64,000 nucleotides of DNA from IMGVR_UViG_3300047560_000921:1-64000, one strand, 5' to 3'. Shown: positions 8,759 to 18,942, numbered from the stretch's first letter. Numbers and translations: made by a program. Notes: generated by a model from the letters alone, not told the origin.

Positions 8759-9730
8759 TTACTTTAAACCTGCTAGTTTACGCATGTATGCCAATTGTTC
8801 TGCTGATTCGTTAGTCTTAGATTTCTTGTCTTTGATAGCTTTCTTCATAGGTTCTTTCTTGTCTCCGTCTTTATCAACGTCAAGGAAGTCTGGTTTAGAT
8901 TTAGCTTCTTTTACTTTATCTTTGCTTTCTGGTTTCTTACCTGTTTGCGGTACGCCTGATTTCTTTTGTAGGTCTTTGATTAATTCTTCATCGTCGCCAT
9001 GGCCTAGTGTATCTAAAGCCTTTTTACCAAATGCTTTAACTTTGTCCATAACGCCTTCGTTGGCCTTAAATTTCTTATAGCTTTCCATCATTGATTCAAA
9101 GGCCAATGGGTTGTCTCCTTGGCCTGGAGCTTTGTTTTGTCCGTAGTTCTTATTGCCTTCGCCTGTGCCAGCGGCACTTTGGTCAGCAATGTCACCATGA
9201 CTACGAGCTTGTCCGTCAGAACCTGCAGGAGTGTTACCCCAGTCGCCAGATTCTTCAACTTCGTCGTCTTCTTCGTCTTGGTCATCGTGCTCGGCTGCTT
9301 CTTCGTCATCAGTTTCGTGTTCTTCGTGGTCGTCGCCCATTTCAACATCGCCAGCATCAATAGTACCTAGTACTTCAACACCCACTGGTTCGTCGTGTGC
9401 AGGTTCGCCGCCCATACCAGGCAGGCCCAGACCCGTCAATTCGCCACTACCGTAACCAATGTCAGTAGCTGGCTCAACAGAGTGTGAACCAACTTCAACG
9501 CCGCCCAACTTCATCATATGAATAATGTCTTCAGGGTTAGTTGTACTAACTGTAACTGTTTTGTCGTTAGTTGTGATTGTTAAGTTATAACGATCTTCTT
9601 GTTGTTGCTGTAAAGGAGCTTGCCAATCCATTCCGCACTCTTTAAGAGCAGATTCGTTGATTTTAACTTTAGCGTTGCGTAAGATGCTAGTTACTTCTTC
9701 GCCTACTGTTTTGTTGTCTTTAAATGCCAT
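8759..9730 (-). CDS. acidic internal head/core-like protein
   Basis: Multiple xxE-S motifs, DxDxDG motif, C-terminal MRKLAGLK shared with the scaffold protein. Confidence 0.65.
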   Translation of the reverse strand: MAFKDNKTVGEEVTSILRNAKVKINESALKECGMDWQAPLQQQQEDRYNLTITTNDKTVTVSTTNPEDIIHMMKLGGVEVGSHSVEPATDIGYGSGELTGLGLPGMGGEPAHDEPVGVEVLGTIDAGDVEMGDDHEEHETDDEEAAEHDDQDEEDDEVEESGDWGNTPAGSDGQARSHGDIADQSAAGTGEGNKNYGQNKAPGQGDNPLAFESMMESYKKFKANEGVMDKVKAFGKKALDTLGHGDDEELIKDLQKKSGVPQTGKKPESKDKVKEAKSKPDFLDVDKDGDKKEPMKKAIKDKKSKTNESAEQLAYMRKLAGLK

Positions 9731-9731
9731 A

Positions 9732-10331
9732 TTATCTTCCTAGTTTCATTGGATCAGGGATTGTATTTCTACCGCTGATTGGACTTAATGATTTCTCTTG
9801 CTTTTGAGGCTTAGAAGGTTTAACTTCAGACTTCTTAGCAAACTCTTGCTTGCGCTTCTGTCCAGCTAAGTCCTTTAAGAAGCTTGCATTAAAGTCATCA
9901 CCAAATGCAGGCTTTGTTTTTGTTTTTTCGATTTCAGAGTAGTCCTCGTCTGTTAAACGTGCTACATACTCTTCTTCTGCTTCTTCTTGTTGATCCACTT
10001 CGTCTTCACGTGGAACATCTGGGTTACGTACTCGAACTAGGCTAGGATCCGCACATAACAAATCACATAGTTCTTGCTTAATAGTTTCGTAACTTACAGG
10101 AAGTGCTGTTACAGCATCAATCAAGTAAATCTCATATCCCTTGTATTCTGGGAAATCTGTAGGTTGGCTTTGTAGCATTAAACGTGCTACATCGCTTACA
10201 TCCTTTACATCATACTTCTTAAGGTGACGTTCTAGCGTTGCCATTTGGTCTTTGCTAGGTTCAAACGCCAGTTTGATGCGGATTTTATAATCTTTTTGGT
10301 TAGCTTCAATGTATTCTAATAGGGTCTTCAT
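9732..10331 (-). CDS. hypothetical late/virion protein
   Basis: ORF track; MKTLLEYIEA N-terminus; TAAATA at 10351-10356. Confidence 0.7.
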   Translation of the reverse strand: MKTLLEYIEANQKDYKIRIKLAFEPSKDQMATLERHLKKYDVKDVSDVARLMLQSQPTDFPEYKGYEIYLIDAVTALPVSYETIKQELCDLLCADPSLVRVRNPDVPREDEVDQQEEAEEEYVARLTDEDYSEIEKTKTKPAFGDDFNASFLKDLAGQKRKQEFAKKSEVKPSKPQKQEKSLSPISGRNTIPDPMKLGR

Positions 10332-10349
10332 TGCATAATCTCCGATGTA

Positions 10350-10910
10350 TTATTTATCGTTTTTGATTTGATTGACAATACCTTGAAGAAGCGCATTACG
10401 GTCCGTAACAATATAGCCTTCTCCTTCAACGATCCCAGCTGGGGTATCGGGTGCTTTGCCGCTTTGGAACTTGTCTTTGTCTAGCTGTAGCTTGCTGGCT
10501 TTAAGTTGAAGTTCAATCCTACGTAGTTTTGCATCTAGTTTGCTGTTCTTTGCAGATATGGCGTTGCTCATCATTTTACTGGCTACGTCAAATATCATAC
10601 CAGCATTTCTATCGTCTACGTTCATACCTAAGTCTACCAAGCGGTCATATGTTTCCATGGCTTTCTTGGCATACTCGTCTAAGTCTGCATCTGTACTGTC
10701 TACATCTTTAACTTGAGGCAATGCACGTTCAATCTTTTCAGCTAAGTCTAAGGTTGCTTTCAATTGTTCCTGGGGTACGATGTCGGTACCAGTTGTAATT
10801 TCTTCTTCAACATCTGCATCCTGCTTGGCAAGATCCCAGTCGGGGTCTTGTGTGTTAATCGTTGCATCATTTGGAGGGAGTCCAAATAACTCTTCAAGTT
10901 TGCGTGTCAT
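10350..10910 (-). CDS. putative terminase small subunit
   Basis: Helical central region plus C-terminal 'VTDRNALL'; upstream of the large subunit. Confidence 0.55.
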   Translation of the reverse strand: MTRKLEELFGLPPNDATINTQDPDWDLAKQDADVEEEITTGTDIVPQEQLKATLDLAEKIERALPQVKDVDSTDADLDEYAKKAMETYDRLVDLGMNVDDRNAGMIFDVASKMMSNAISAKNSKLDAKLRRIELQLKASKLQLDKDKFQSGKAPDTPAGIVEGEGYIVTDRNALLQGIVNQIKNDK

Positions 10911-11350
10911 TTTTTCTTCTGTCCCATTCTGTTGTAAATGTCTTCCTCAGTGACTACCCTGAACACTGCGCCGTGTTTGCGGCACCATGCTTTACAGGCT
11001 TCCCACTTTGCCATATTTAAGACCACTGCCGCCTTTTGTTGTTGACTACGTGCTTCTTCTAATCTAGCTTGGCCGCGTGGCTTAATTTCAATTACTTCTG
11101 TTGTTTTTTGGCCTTGTGGATTTTGATACATGATGACAAAATCTGGAACATAGAATGTTGGTTTGCCAGTAAAAGGATTAATATAAGGTATACGTAAACT
11201 TTCGCTGGCCCAGTTGATAATACCAGGATGGTTATCGCAGAAACGCATAAAAGTTAATTCCCATCCACTGCGATATTTAGGCGTGCTGTTGCCTATGTAT
11301 TTGTCTGGGTTTTGTACTGTGTATCTACCCTGTCTGTAATTTGCTGCCAT
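10907..11350 (-). CDS. gp4: head completion nuclease (T4 gp4/TnsA-like)
   Basis: 'KY.G...YRSGWE..FM..CD....W.SE...IPY...Y.PDF...EIKP...N.AKW'. Confidence 0.88.
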   Translation of the reverse strand: MAANYRQGRYTVQNPDKYIGNSTPKYRSGWELTFMRFCDNHPGIINWASESLRIPYINPFTGKPTFYVPDFVIMYQNPQGQKTTEVIEIKPRGQARLEEARSQQQKAAVVLNMAKWEACKAWCRKHGAVFRVVTEEDIYNRMGQKKK

Positions 11351-11667
11351 TAAACTATTGCACGAGAAATGAACTTATTAGTCTTAGCCAAATTCTCGAC
11401 TCCTAATTTGTTGCCTGCTCCACGCAATAAATTCAACTGGTCTATTAATTGTTGGTCAATGTTTAATCCGTTAGCAGAAATCTTTGCAAGGATAGCATTG
11501 TATGGTTGTTGTGTAATATTTGCAATCAACAATACTTCATAGGCTAGAACACGAGCAATGTTAGGTGTAATACCTTTACGCTCTAAGTTAGCTGTTACAA
11601 TATCGTATGTTTGTTGATTGATAGCATAATTTAAAGGGCTATCACCGGTAATAGTTGACGCTACCAT
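11350..11667 (-). CDS. hypothetical protein in tail operon
   Basis: ORF track; coupled to neighbours. Confidence 0.7.
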   Translation of the reverse strand: MVASTITGDSPLNYAINQQTYDIVTANLERKGITPNIARVLAYEVLLIANITQQPYNAILAKISANGLNIDQQLIDQLNLLRGAGNKLGVENLAKTNKFISRAIV

Positions 11668-11668
11668 A

Positions 11669-13018
11669 TTAACCCAATCTTATAAATTTTTGCAATGAAC
11701 TCATGTTTGCCAAGTTAGTAACAGAGCCAACGTCTACACCGTTAGCGGCTGCTTTGTCTAATGTTGCTTGTTCGTATTGGCTAGCTTGTTGATTAATTTT
11801 ACTGTCAGATGTTTCGCTACCAAATGCTTTACCGCCAAGGCCACTAATAGGAGGTAATTGCTTGGCTAAGGTAACTGCAACGCCTGCGGCTGCAATAGGA
11901 TTCTTTAACAGTCCGCCAACACCTTGTTGTTTAACCATAGATGCTACGCTCAGTGCTGCCGCAATAGTTGTAGGGTTAATAGCTTTGCCTACCCCAATGT
12001 TGCCGCCGCCTAACTTGTCGATGGCCGAACTACCTGCACTAACGATGTTATTCTTTAAGTTGCTAATCTTATCACCAATTTGTTCTGCTAGGTTAGCAGG
12101 AGGTTTGTTACCTGGGCCAGTAATAGCATCACCAGACGCTCCAGTCGTCCAACCTGGTTCTTGTTCGTCCATGCCAGCTTCGCCCTGTGCATCCCAACGT
12201 TCTTCAGGAGGAAAACCTGCAAGTTCGTCACTGCTTGCATTGGGACTGTCGCCACCAAACTCATTGGCTGCACTGTTTGAGTTAGCATACTGTGCTTGAT
12301 CTTCGTGCATAGTAGTTGGACGAAATACTACGCTTTCATACTGAATTGTAATAGTCCATGTTACTGGGCTACCGGTGTCAGTATAATCTAATGTATCGTG
12401 CTGTACTGCGGTAATCTTAGGGTTGATTAATAATGTCTGGTCAACCCAGCCGCCGTACTCCCTATTAACAACCATAGTGATGAAGAAATTGTTATTTGCA
12501 TCATCGACACTAGCATAGCCGTATTCGCCCTTAAACTCCAAACTCAATTGGTCAGGGTTCATGGCATTAAAGCCAGTATCGTTAAAGTTGTTAGGGAAAT
12601 AATATTCCATGTACGCCATTAACAATGCTTGGAATGCATTGTCAATAGTGTCAAAGAATTTAACTTGAACTTGTTGCCACTCTACTTTAGTGTGGACTAA
12701 TCTATGCTTATTGTATTGATTTAAACTTTGTGTACTAACGTTCCATGTTGGCAAGTCTACGCTTTGCGCTCTAAGGGTTAGTTCACTTAATAATTCACTG
12801 ACTTTGTCTGATCCTATTTTATTAGCCAATAGGTCAGTAGCACCTGGACTTAGCTCAAAGCCAACAGTCCAGTTGTGTTTAAGTCTTGGGATCCTACCGA
12901 ATTTGATCCAGTTAGTGCTAGACAGATCTTTATCACGAGATTCCGGGGTTTGGTTATTCCCCGGAACATAGTAACCAAATGCGTAGTGAGGATCTTGTTT
13001 AAGCTCGTAATCAGCCAT
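11669..13018 (-). CDS. tail-tube paralogue / tube initiator-like protein with low-complexity C-terminus
   Basis: 'SVDLP...NQYN...KVEWQQVQVKFFD' and 'HDTLDY....V..TITIQYE' follow the gp19 pattern. Confidence 0.7.
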   Translation of the reverse strand: MADYELKQDPHYAFGYYVPGNNQTPESRDKDLSSTNWIKFGRIPRLKHNWTVGFELSPGATDLLANKIGSDKVSELLSELTLRAQSVDLPTWNVSTQSLNQYNKHRLVHTKVEWQQVQVKFFDTIDNAFQALLMAYMEYYFPNNFNDTGFNAMNPDQLSLEFKGEYGYASVDDANNNFFITMVVNREYGGWVDQTLLINPKITAVQHDTLDYTDTGSPVTWTITIQYESVVFRPTTMHEDQAQYANSNSAANEFGGDSPNASSDELAGFPPEERWDAQGEAGMDEQEPGWTTGASGDAITGPGNKPPANLAEQIGDKISNLKNNIVSAGSSAIDKLGGGNIGVGKAINPTTIAAALSVASMVKQQGVGGLLKNPIAAAGVAVTLAKQLPPISGLGGKAFGSETSDSKINQQASQYEQATLDKAAANGVDVGSVTNLANMSSLQKFIRLG

Positions 13019-13643
13019 TTGTTGCAGACGAACCTGTAGTACGTAGTGATGGGCCTAAACCTAGTTCGCCCAATTGGCCTGGTAGGTTTGGAACAACTGC
13101 GTTACCAATTTGGTAATCAGCCGCATCGTACTGTACAGTCATCTGAATTGTAACGGCGTCGCTTGCGCTATAATCCATGTCGCCGAACTGAACGTCTTGC
13201 AAGAAGCAACCATTCAAGCTCCATGTATCGATAACACCAGTAACATCATCTTGACTTCCATCAAGAGTTTGAATTAGCATACCGAACTTATAGTTAGCGC
13301 CAGCTAATGGACCGCTTTGGTTAGCGTGATCCATTTGACGACCTAGTTGTGCAGAAATCAAACTTGTTACACTGTTGCTTACATCGTCACGAACTGTGAT
13401 GCTAATTGGGCTCCAGCTGTGCTTACCTGCAACATAGATTTTACTGTTGTAAACGTCTAGTTCAACTGCTTGGTGTTGTAGTTGTGGACGACCAACACTT
13501 ACAATTTGACTTGTGAATGTATTTGCGCCTGGCATTAAGCCGTTACCTGCACCAATAAAGACTACACGAAATCTATATTTTAGTTTAGGCATTAGGAGAG
13601 GTGTATCGCCACCTGGAACTCCGAATTTTGATAATTGTGCCAT
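13011..13643 (-). CDS. gp19: tail tube protein
   Basis: 'PKLKYRFRV', 'YVAGKHSWSPISITVRDD', 'W.L.GCF......GDMDY......I.MTVQYD'; directly after the sheath. Confidence 0.88.
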   Translation of the reverse strand: MAQLSKFGVPGGDTPLLMPKLKYRFRVVFIGAGNGLMPGANTFTSQIVSVGRPQLQHQAVELDVYNSKIYVAGKHSWSPISITVRDDVSNSVTSLISAQLGRQMDHANQSGPLAGANYKFGMLIQTLDGSQDDVTGVIDTWSLNGCFLQDVQFGDMDYSASDAVTIQMTVQYDAADYQIGNAVVPNLPGQLGELGLGPSLRTTGSSATNG

Positions 13644-13673
13644 GTTATAATAACTCCTTTACGGACATACATC

Positions 13674-13679
13674 TATTTA
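13674..13679 (-). promoter_or_regulatory. late promoter box TAAATA (tail tube)
   Basis: Upstream of the AAGGAG RBS of the tube gene. Confidence 0.6.
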
Positions 13680-13714
13680 GCCAAAAAGCCAGTAGAAAAT
13701 TAAGTACATATAGA

Positions 13715-13740
13715 AAAAGCCAGGATTTCTCCTGGCTTTT
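13715..13740 (-). terminator. rho-independent terminator after sheath
   Basis: AAAAGCCAGGA-GAAA-TCCTGGCTTTT hairpin ending in a U run. Confidence 0.75.
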
Positions 13741-13780
13741 AATGCCTATTACTAGGCGCTTCCCATCCCACGGGTTGTTT

Positions 13781-16165
13781 TTATTGTAATGCCCCTGTAT
13801 TAACGATACGTACTGGGATATAGATAAATTCAGCGGCCTTTGTTGGCTCGATTGCAATATCAATCCATAGTTCGTTAGCATCAATACGTGATGGTGTATT
13901 GTTTGTAGTATCGCAAACTACTAAGAAGTCATAGATACCACGTTTCTGCATGATGTCTCCTAGGAAACCATCAAACAATGTCTTAACGTTAGCTCTTGTT
14001 GCTGTATCGTTTGGTTCAAAGATGAACGGACGAGCTAGCGGATCAAAACGCTCACGCAAGTAAGCAACTAGACGTGCTACGTTTACACGGTCTAATGCGC
14101 TGGCAATTGGACTCAATGTCTTCTGACCGAATACTACTAAACCAGTACCAGGGAAGTTGACCAATGGGTTCATCTTGTTAGCATATAATGTATCACGTTG
14201 GCCGTTGTTTAGTGCCAATGGCATAAACTCGCCTTCGCCGTTAACATAACCAAAGTTAGAACAGTTAGTTACAACACCACGTGTTAAACCAGCTGGGGCA
14301 AACCATGGGTAGCTGATGCTGTCATTGTAAGCATAGGTACGCAACACTGCATAGCTAGCTGGGGCAACTACGTCATAACCGTTTAAGTCTGTAGTCAATA
14401 CGCTTGGGTAGTACACAGCGGCTTCGCTGGACTTAGTAACAATTCCGTCTTCGCCGTTTGTACCAGCGTTAACACCTGTTACCCACTCAACCCAACCCTG
14501 TGCATCTGGTGCTAAACGTAATGGGCTGTCAACGATAACAAACGCTGTTTCCTTGCGGTCAACGTTTAGAGTTAACATTTCGTCAATTAGTTCAGGATAT
14601 CCAGGAGCCGCAATCAATGTAAATGCCATTGTTTCTTCACGGATTTGTTGATTCTCAGTTACAGCCTTTTGCATTGCACGTACAATAACTTGACGTTGTG
14701 CTTTGCGGCCCATGTAAGGGGCGCCTGCATTTGGGCCAGCACTGATGTTACCGCTGATTGTATGCCATGCACCTTCAGTCGCATTGTACTGCTTAACGTT
14801 GTAAGTAGATACCATGCTGTTCCATAGCAACATACCATCTGGATGTGTTAATGGATCTGGTGTATCTACTTCGCTGTAAGGAGTTGCGCCATAACCGTTG
14901 TATGACTCATCCGCGGCTGTTGCTGTTAAGTCAGCAAATACCACACCCTCGGGAGTTGTTTGGTCAGCATTGTTACGTAGTTGCCATGCGCTACCATCGT
15001 AAACTTTAATTACTGGATAGTTTTCCAAGTCGTTAGTGTCAACCCAAACGTCAGCGATTTGAGCACCTTCTGGCTCTGCTGTATCGATTGTAACACTATT
15101 ACCGTTCTGAACTACGCTTCTCCACAAACCGTTAGACTTAACGTAAATGTCTGCTTGTAGTTCAGTGTTGTACCATAATGTACCGTCTGCTGTTGGGCCA
15201 GTTGGTTCTGTAGCTTTAGCTTCATAAACTAATGTGTCCCATACACCTGCACTGTAACGGCGTAGTTCAAACTGTGCATTGCCTGATGTAGACATTGCAT
15301 AGATACTGCCTGTTACTAAACCTGCGCCAAACGCTGTTTCTGCTTCAGCATCGTTGGCATATACGCTAACTGGCAAGCTGGCAAATTGTCCAGTTGTACT
15401 GCTGTAACGCTTAACTGCTGGCATGAAGCCTTTGTTAGGAGTTGTAGTTTTGAACCATACATCACCGTTGTTGCCTGTGTTTGGAACTTGGTAGTGTGGT
15501 GCTACAGTAACGTTTGTATAGTAACCTGTTGCGGTAGTTAAGCTGCCGCTGTTTACATCAAACCATTGTCCGTTGATTTTCTTGAAATAGTTGTTTGCTG
15601 TTGTGCTTACTACTACTGCGTACTCGCCGTTGGCACCGATGTTGCTCAATGGGAAACCGTTGTTTGTTGTTTCAGTAGTAACTACTGTTACGTCTTGTGC
15701 AATCCACTTACCGTCGATAGCTTCAAAGACGCCCCATACTGTTTCCGCTGTATCTAACCAGTATGTACCGTTAGCAGGTAAACCAGCTGGTTCAATTGCT
15801 GTTGCTTCTAATTGTGCTACGTCTACATCAGCACGTAATACATACGCACGATTTGCTAGGCCTAAGTAGCTGTATGCTGTTAATAAACCGTATTCGTTTA
15901 GTTCGCTTCCGTGTAGCGGTGTACCATTCAAGCTCTTAAATTCAGGAGCTCCGAAAAGTTGTGCTAGTTCACGTTGGCTTGTTAATAGTACCGGTTGTGC
16001 GGCCGCAGACTTAAGAGTCTTTGATGCTAAACCTGTTCCGCCAGGTACTGTCTTATTTTCTGCTGTTGCCAGGATAATAAGTGGCACTGTGCCTTGACCT
16101 GCGCTTGCATACGCACTTTCGTCAATAACACTTACCGCTACGCCTGGAGAAACTAATGTTGCCAT
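13781..16165 (-). CDS. gp18: contractile tail sheath protein
   Basis: Start MATLVSPGVAV (ATG 16165); C-terminal 'PWFAPAG..RG', 'FGQKT', 'RVNVARL', 'FEPND', 'CD.TNNT', 'P.KAAEFI'. Confidence 0.95.
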   Translation of the reverse strand: MATLVSPGVAVSVIDESAYASAGQGTVPLIILATAENKTVPGGTGLASKTLKSAAAQPVLLTSQRELAQLFGAPEFKSLNGTPLHGSELNEYGLLTAYSYLGLANRAYVLRADVDVAQLEATAIEPAGLPANGTYWLDTAETVWGVFEAIDGKWIAQDVTVVTTETTNNGFPLSNIGANGEYAVVVSTTANNYFKKINGQWFDVNSGSLTTATGYYTNVTVAPHYQVPNTGNNGDVWFKTTTPNKGFMPAVKRYSSTTGQFASLPVSVYANDAEAETAFGAGLVTGSIYAMSTSGNAQFELRRYSAGVWDTLVYEAKATEPTGPTADGTLWYNTELQADIYVKSNGLWRSVVQNGNSVTIDTAEPEGAQIADVWVDTNDLENYPVIKVYDGSAWQLRNNADQTTPEGVVFADLTATAADESYNGYGATPYSEVDTPDPLTHPDGMLLWNSMVSTYNVKQYNATEGAWHTISGNISAGPNAGAPYMGRKAQRQVIVRAMQKAVTENQQIREETMAFTLIAAPGYPELIDEMLTLNVDRKETAFVIVDSPLRLAPDAQGWVEWVTGVNAGTNGEDGIVTKSSEAAVYYPSVLTTDLNGYDVVAPASYAVLRTYAYNDSISYPWFAPAGLTRGVVTNCSNFGYVNGEGEFMPLALNNGQRDTLYANKMNPLVNFPGTGLVVFGQKTLSPIASALDRVNVARLVAYLRERFDPLARPFIFEPNDTATRANVKTLFDGFLGDIMQKRGIYDFLVVCDTTNNTPSRIDANELWIDIAIEPTKAAEFIYIPVRIVNTGALQ

Positions 16166-16206
16166 GATGTCTTCCTCTAAAATGTCCAAATACTTGGATG
16201 TCCAAA

Positions 16207-16212
16207 TATTTA
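16207..16212 (-). promoter_or_regulatory. late promoter box TAAATA (sheath)
   Basis: GATAAATA upstream of the sheath gene. Confidence 0.6.
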
Positions 16213-16264
16213 TCGATACTTAGCGGAAAACCGGGGTATTTAGCTGAACTTGTGTTTTTTGAGT

Positions 16265-16906
16265 TTAGGCGTGCATCGTGTCTAGCACTAGTTCTACTTG
16301 CGAATATAAGTCTTCAATGCTGTTGTCGTTGTTTAGAACAAAGTCAAACTGTGTACCTACCCATGAAGTTTCGCTGGCGTGTATATTTAACCTTCTTAGC
16401 TTATCTCTGCTGGTTGCCCACGTCATATTGCCCCACTCGCCTGCATTGGCACTAACTGCGGCATCGTACCATTCTGGCTCTGGTCCGCGCTTAACTCTTA
16501 GTACTGCGCCGCCGGCATTTTTAATTGCTTTGATTTCGTTAGGAAAGCGGCAATCACTAATAACAATATTGTCTTTACTAGTACGCAATTTGTTTTCTAA
16601 GCTAGCAATCCAGATATCATCATGAAAGCCTTTGCGGCAAACTTCTGTACCCCATTGCTGTAGTATGTAACGTGGAGTAATTGTCATACCTAAACGTTTA
16701 CTCCACCATTCGTCGGGCTGTTCTCTCCACTCTCTAGCTTCTTTTGTGCGGCCTTCTATCATAGTCCTGTCCCAACTGAACACAGAACTAACTGCATCCT
16801 TTAGTGTGTTGGCGAAACTTTCTCGCCTAAATTCATGTGTGTTAACTAGATAATCAGCTATTGTATCTTTACCGCTACCAATGAATCCGCAAATACCTAT
16901 AATCAT
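16265..16906 (-). CDS. deoxynucleoside monophosphate kinase (T4 gp1-like)
   Basis: Start MIIGICGFIGSGKDT (P-loop), 'SFA..LK', 'TPR.ILQ.WGTE', 'SDCRFPNE', 'HASE'. Confidence 0.9.
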   Translation of the reverse strand: MIIGICGFIGSGKDTIADYLVNTHEFRRESFANTLKDAVSSVFSWDRTMIEGRTKEAREWREQPDEWWSKRLGMTITPRYILQQWGTEVCRKGFHDDIWIASLENKLRTSKDNIVISDCRFPNEIKAIKNAGGAVLRVKRGPEPEWYDAAVSANAGEWGNMTWATSRDKLRRLNIHASETSWVGTQFDFVLNNDNSIEDLYSQVELVLDTMHA

Positions 16907-16929
16907 AAAAATGCCCCAGTGTGTAATAT

Positions 16930-16958
16930 ATTTTAGCACTGGGGTCAGATTATTTCAA
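16930..16958 (-). promoter_or_regulatory. sigma70-type promoter inside an 8-bp inverted repeat
   Basis: TTGAAA-17-TAAAAT with extended TG; CCCCAGTG (16914-16921) / CACTGGGG (16937-16944) flank the -10 box. Confidence 0.6.
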
Positions 16959-16965
16959 CTGCAAT

Positions 16966-17703
16966 TTAACCAATAACAAACGTATATGGGGTGCCGCCTT
17001 CTATGTATTGTGTTAATTCTGTTTCTAGCTTTTCAATTTCAGCTTGAGCTTCGGATTTTAAAGCATCGCCGTTAAGTGTGGTGCCGCCGCCAGGTCCAGC
17101 TACTTGGCTGAACTTGCTACGAGCTTGGCCTAGCATCATCTTACATTGTGCTAGTGCATAGTCACGTAACCATGGGCCACCGTATGGATCATCTAACAAG
17201 AACTCTTCTGGGCGGTGCATGTAAACGTGCAAAATAACACTGTCTGCGGCACGAATATTACGGTGCAATAACAGTGTATGACGCTGTGGGTACCAATTAA
17301 AAATCATGTGAGCGCCAAACATACGGCCAACTAATTCTCTGTATTGACTGTACAATTCGAATGTCAGCAAGCCGCCTGCTCGTGCGCTGTTAAGCAAATA
17401 TGTGTTAAGGAAACCTGCTTCAAACGGCTCGATATCTTGACCTGCTGTAGAAAGGCCGCCTGCTACCCTGCGGTAAACAACACGAACTTCCATTACTTCT
17501 GCAGGAAGTACATATTCGTTTTTACCTTCTTCTACTTCTAATACTAGAAACGCTTCTTCTACGCTTCTGCTACTACGCTGACGGAATTTTTGCAAGGATT
17601 TATCTATGCACAAGTCATAGTCCTCGCGGTCCAATTCAACATCAACCATACTGCCGCCTAGGCGGCGTTCTAGTTCACTAATAATTTTATCTCTTTGAGC
17701 CAT
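16966..17703 (-). CDS. gp13: neck protein (gp13-like)
   Basis: 'RLG..MVDVEL', 'W.RDYALA.CK..LG.ARSKF.....PGG...LNG..L'; TAAATA at 17722-17727. Confidence 0.85.
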   Translation of the reverse strand: MAQRDKIISELERRLGGSMVDVELDREDYDLCIDKSLQKFRQRSSRSVEEAFLVLEVEEGKNEYVLPAEVMEVRVVYRRVAGGLSTAGQDIEPFEAGFLNTYLLNSARAGGLLTFELYSQYRELVGRMFGAHMIFNWYPQRHTLLLHRNIRAADSVILHVYMHRPEEFLLDDPYGGPWLRDYALAQCKMMLGQARSKFSQVAGPGGGTTLNGDALKSEAQAEIEKLETELTQYIEGGTPYTFVIG

Positions 17704-17742
17704 AAAATCGTCCTTATCGACTATTTATGGCTCTTGGAGTTA

Positions 17743-18891
17743 TTACTTGAAGGCCCTGAGGATTAGAATGTCTTCGCTCAGTCGGCCGTTGAGCTTAGTA
17801 TCAACACTGCGTACACCTTTAAGCCACTTGCGAGCTCCGGCTTTGGTCATGCCCATGAACTCTTTAACTTGCTCTGCTGGCTTACGCATAGTCTTTTGGA
17901 TACTAGCAACTGCGTCAAAGCCTGTAATGCTAGTGCCTTTGATGCCCAATGGGCCCAATTGGCTGTCTGCAATATAGCAACCCAACTTGCGGGTCTTAGT
18001 GTTAAACACCCATACTTCGCTAGCGCCAACGATTTGTGCTGGTTGGGCAGATACAACTTTAAGGGCAGTGTCCTCTTTCTTGAACTTGACCTTAGCTGTA
18101 ATCTTTTCCACACTCTTGGGCTTTGCCAAGCGGGGTTTACGTGCAACCTTTTTAGTGTTAACGTAACTTTCCAAGTCTTTTACAATAAGTCCATAAGCCT
18201 TAATAAGTGCTTTCATTTGAACTTTATTCAAGAAGCTGTAGCCCTCTTTAAGCTGTGCATCTTTGCCTTCCAATGCTTCTGTTACTTCGGCAATGCGCGG
18301 AGTAAACATAGCAATCATCTTACTTGCTTGGACTTGTGGCAGGTTGTGCTGTTTAAGAATAGTAAACGCACCAATTTTATCTTCTTTGCAACCACTAGTA
18401 ACAAAGTCGTCGATACCGCCTTCAATATCGCCGGCACATTCATGCATCATTTCACGCAAGCGGTCCTGGATGTTAGGCTTCCACACTGCGGGCTCGTCGC
18501 TTTTCTCTGCCTTAACTACTACTTTTTCTACTGGCACTGCGTCAAGGATACGGATAACGTGTCGCATTTCACTAAGCGATGCTTTCCAGCCCATACGAAG
18601 CATACGGCACACCCAGCCAATTGTAGTTGTAATAGAGTCTGGATTACTTTTTACTGCCTGTACCAGCTTTTTACGCTTGGGCATAGTTTCAAGATACTGC
18701 ACTACAAACTCAACTGCCTGCTTGCTGTCACAATTATAGTTGTACCAGTTTAAGGAGCGCATCAATGCCGCACGACGATTGTCTGGCATAGTGTCCCAAA
18801 CGGGTTCTTCACCTACAAACTTGCCATCGCCGGCTCGGGCATGGATTTGTTTTGGACGTGCGGTAGGGTCAGCGGGTTTGCGAGTTGCCAT
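17743..18891 (-). CDS. basic hypothetical early protein (382 aa)
   Basis: ORF track; own sigma70 promoter and GGAG RBS; Lys-rich. Confidence 0.8.
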   Translation of the reverse strand: MATRKPADPTARPKQIHARAGDGKFVGEEPVWDTMPDNRRAALMRSLNWYNYNCDSKQAVEFVVQYLETMPKRKKLVQAVKSNPDSITTTIGWVCRMLRMGWKASLSEMRHVIRILDAVPVEKVVVKAEKSDEPAVWKPNIQDRLREMMHECAGDIEGGIDDFVTSGCKEDKIGAFTILKQHNLPQVQASKMIAMFTPRIAEVTEALEGKDAQLKEGYSFLNKVQMKALIKAYGLIVKDLESYVNTKKVARKPRLAKPKSVEKITAKVKFKKEDTALKVVSAQPAQIVGASEVWVFNTKTRKLGCYIADSQLGPLGIKGTSITGFDAVASIQKTMRKPAEQVKEFMGMTKAGARKWLKGVRSVDTKLNGRLSEDILILRAFK

Positions 18892-18913
18892 TTAAATCTC
18901 CAGTAAAAGTAGT

Positions 18914-18942
18914 ATTATATAGCCAAATTGAATTGTTGTCAA
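18914..18942 (-). promoter_or_regulatory. early sigma70-type promoter
   Basis: TTGACA-17-TATAAT perfect consensus. Confidence 0.85.
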
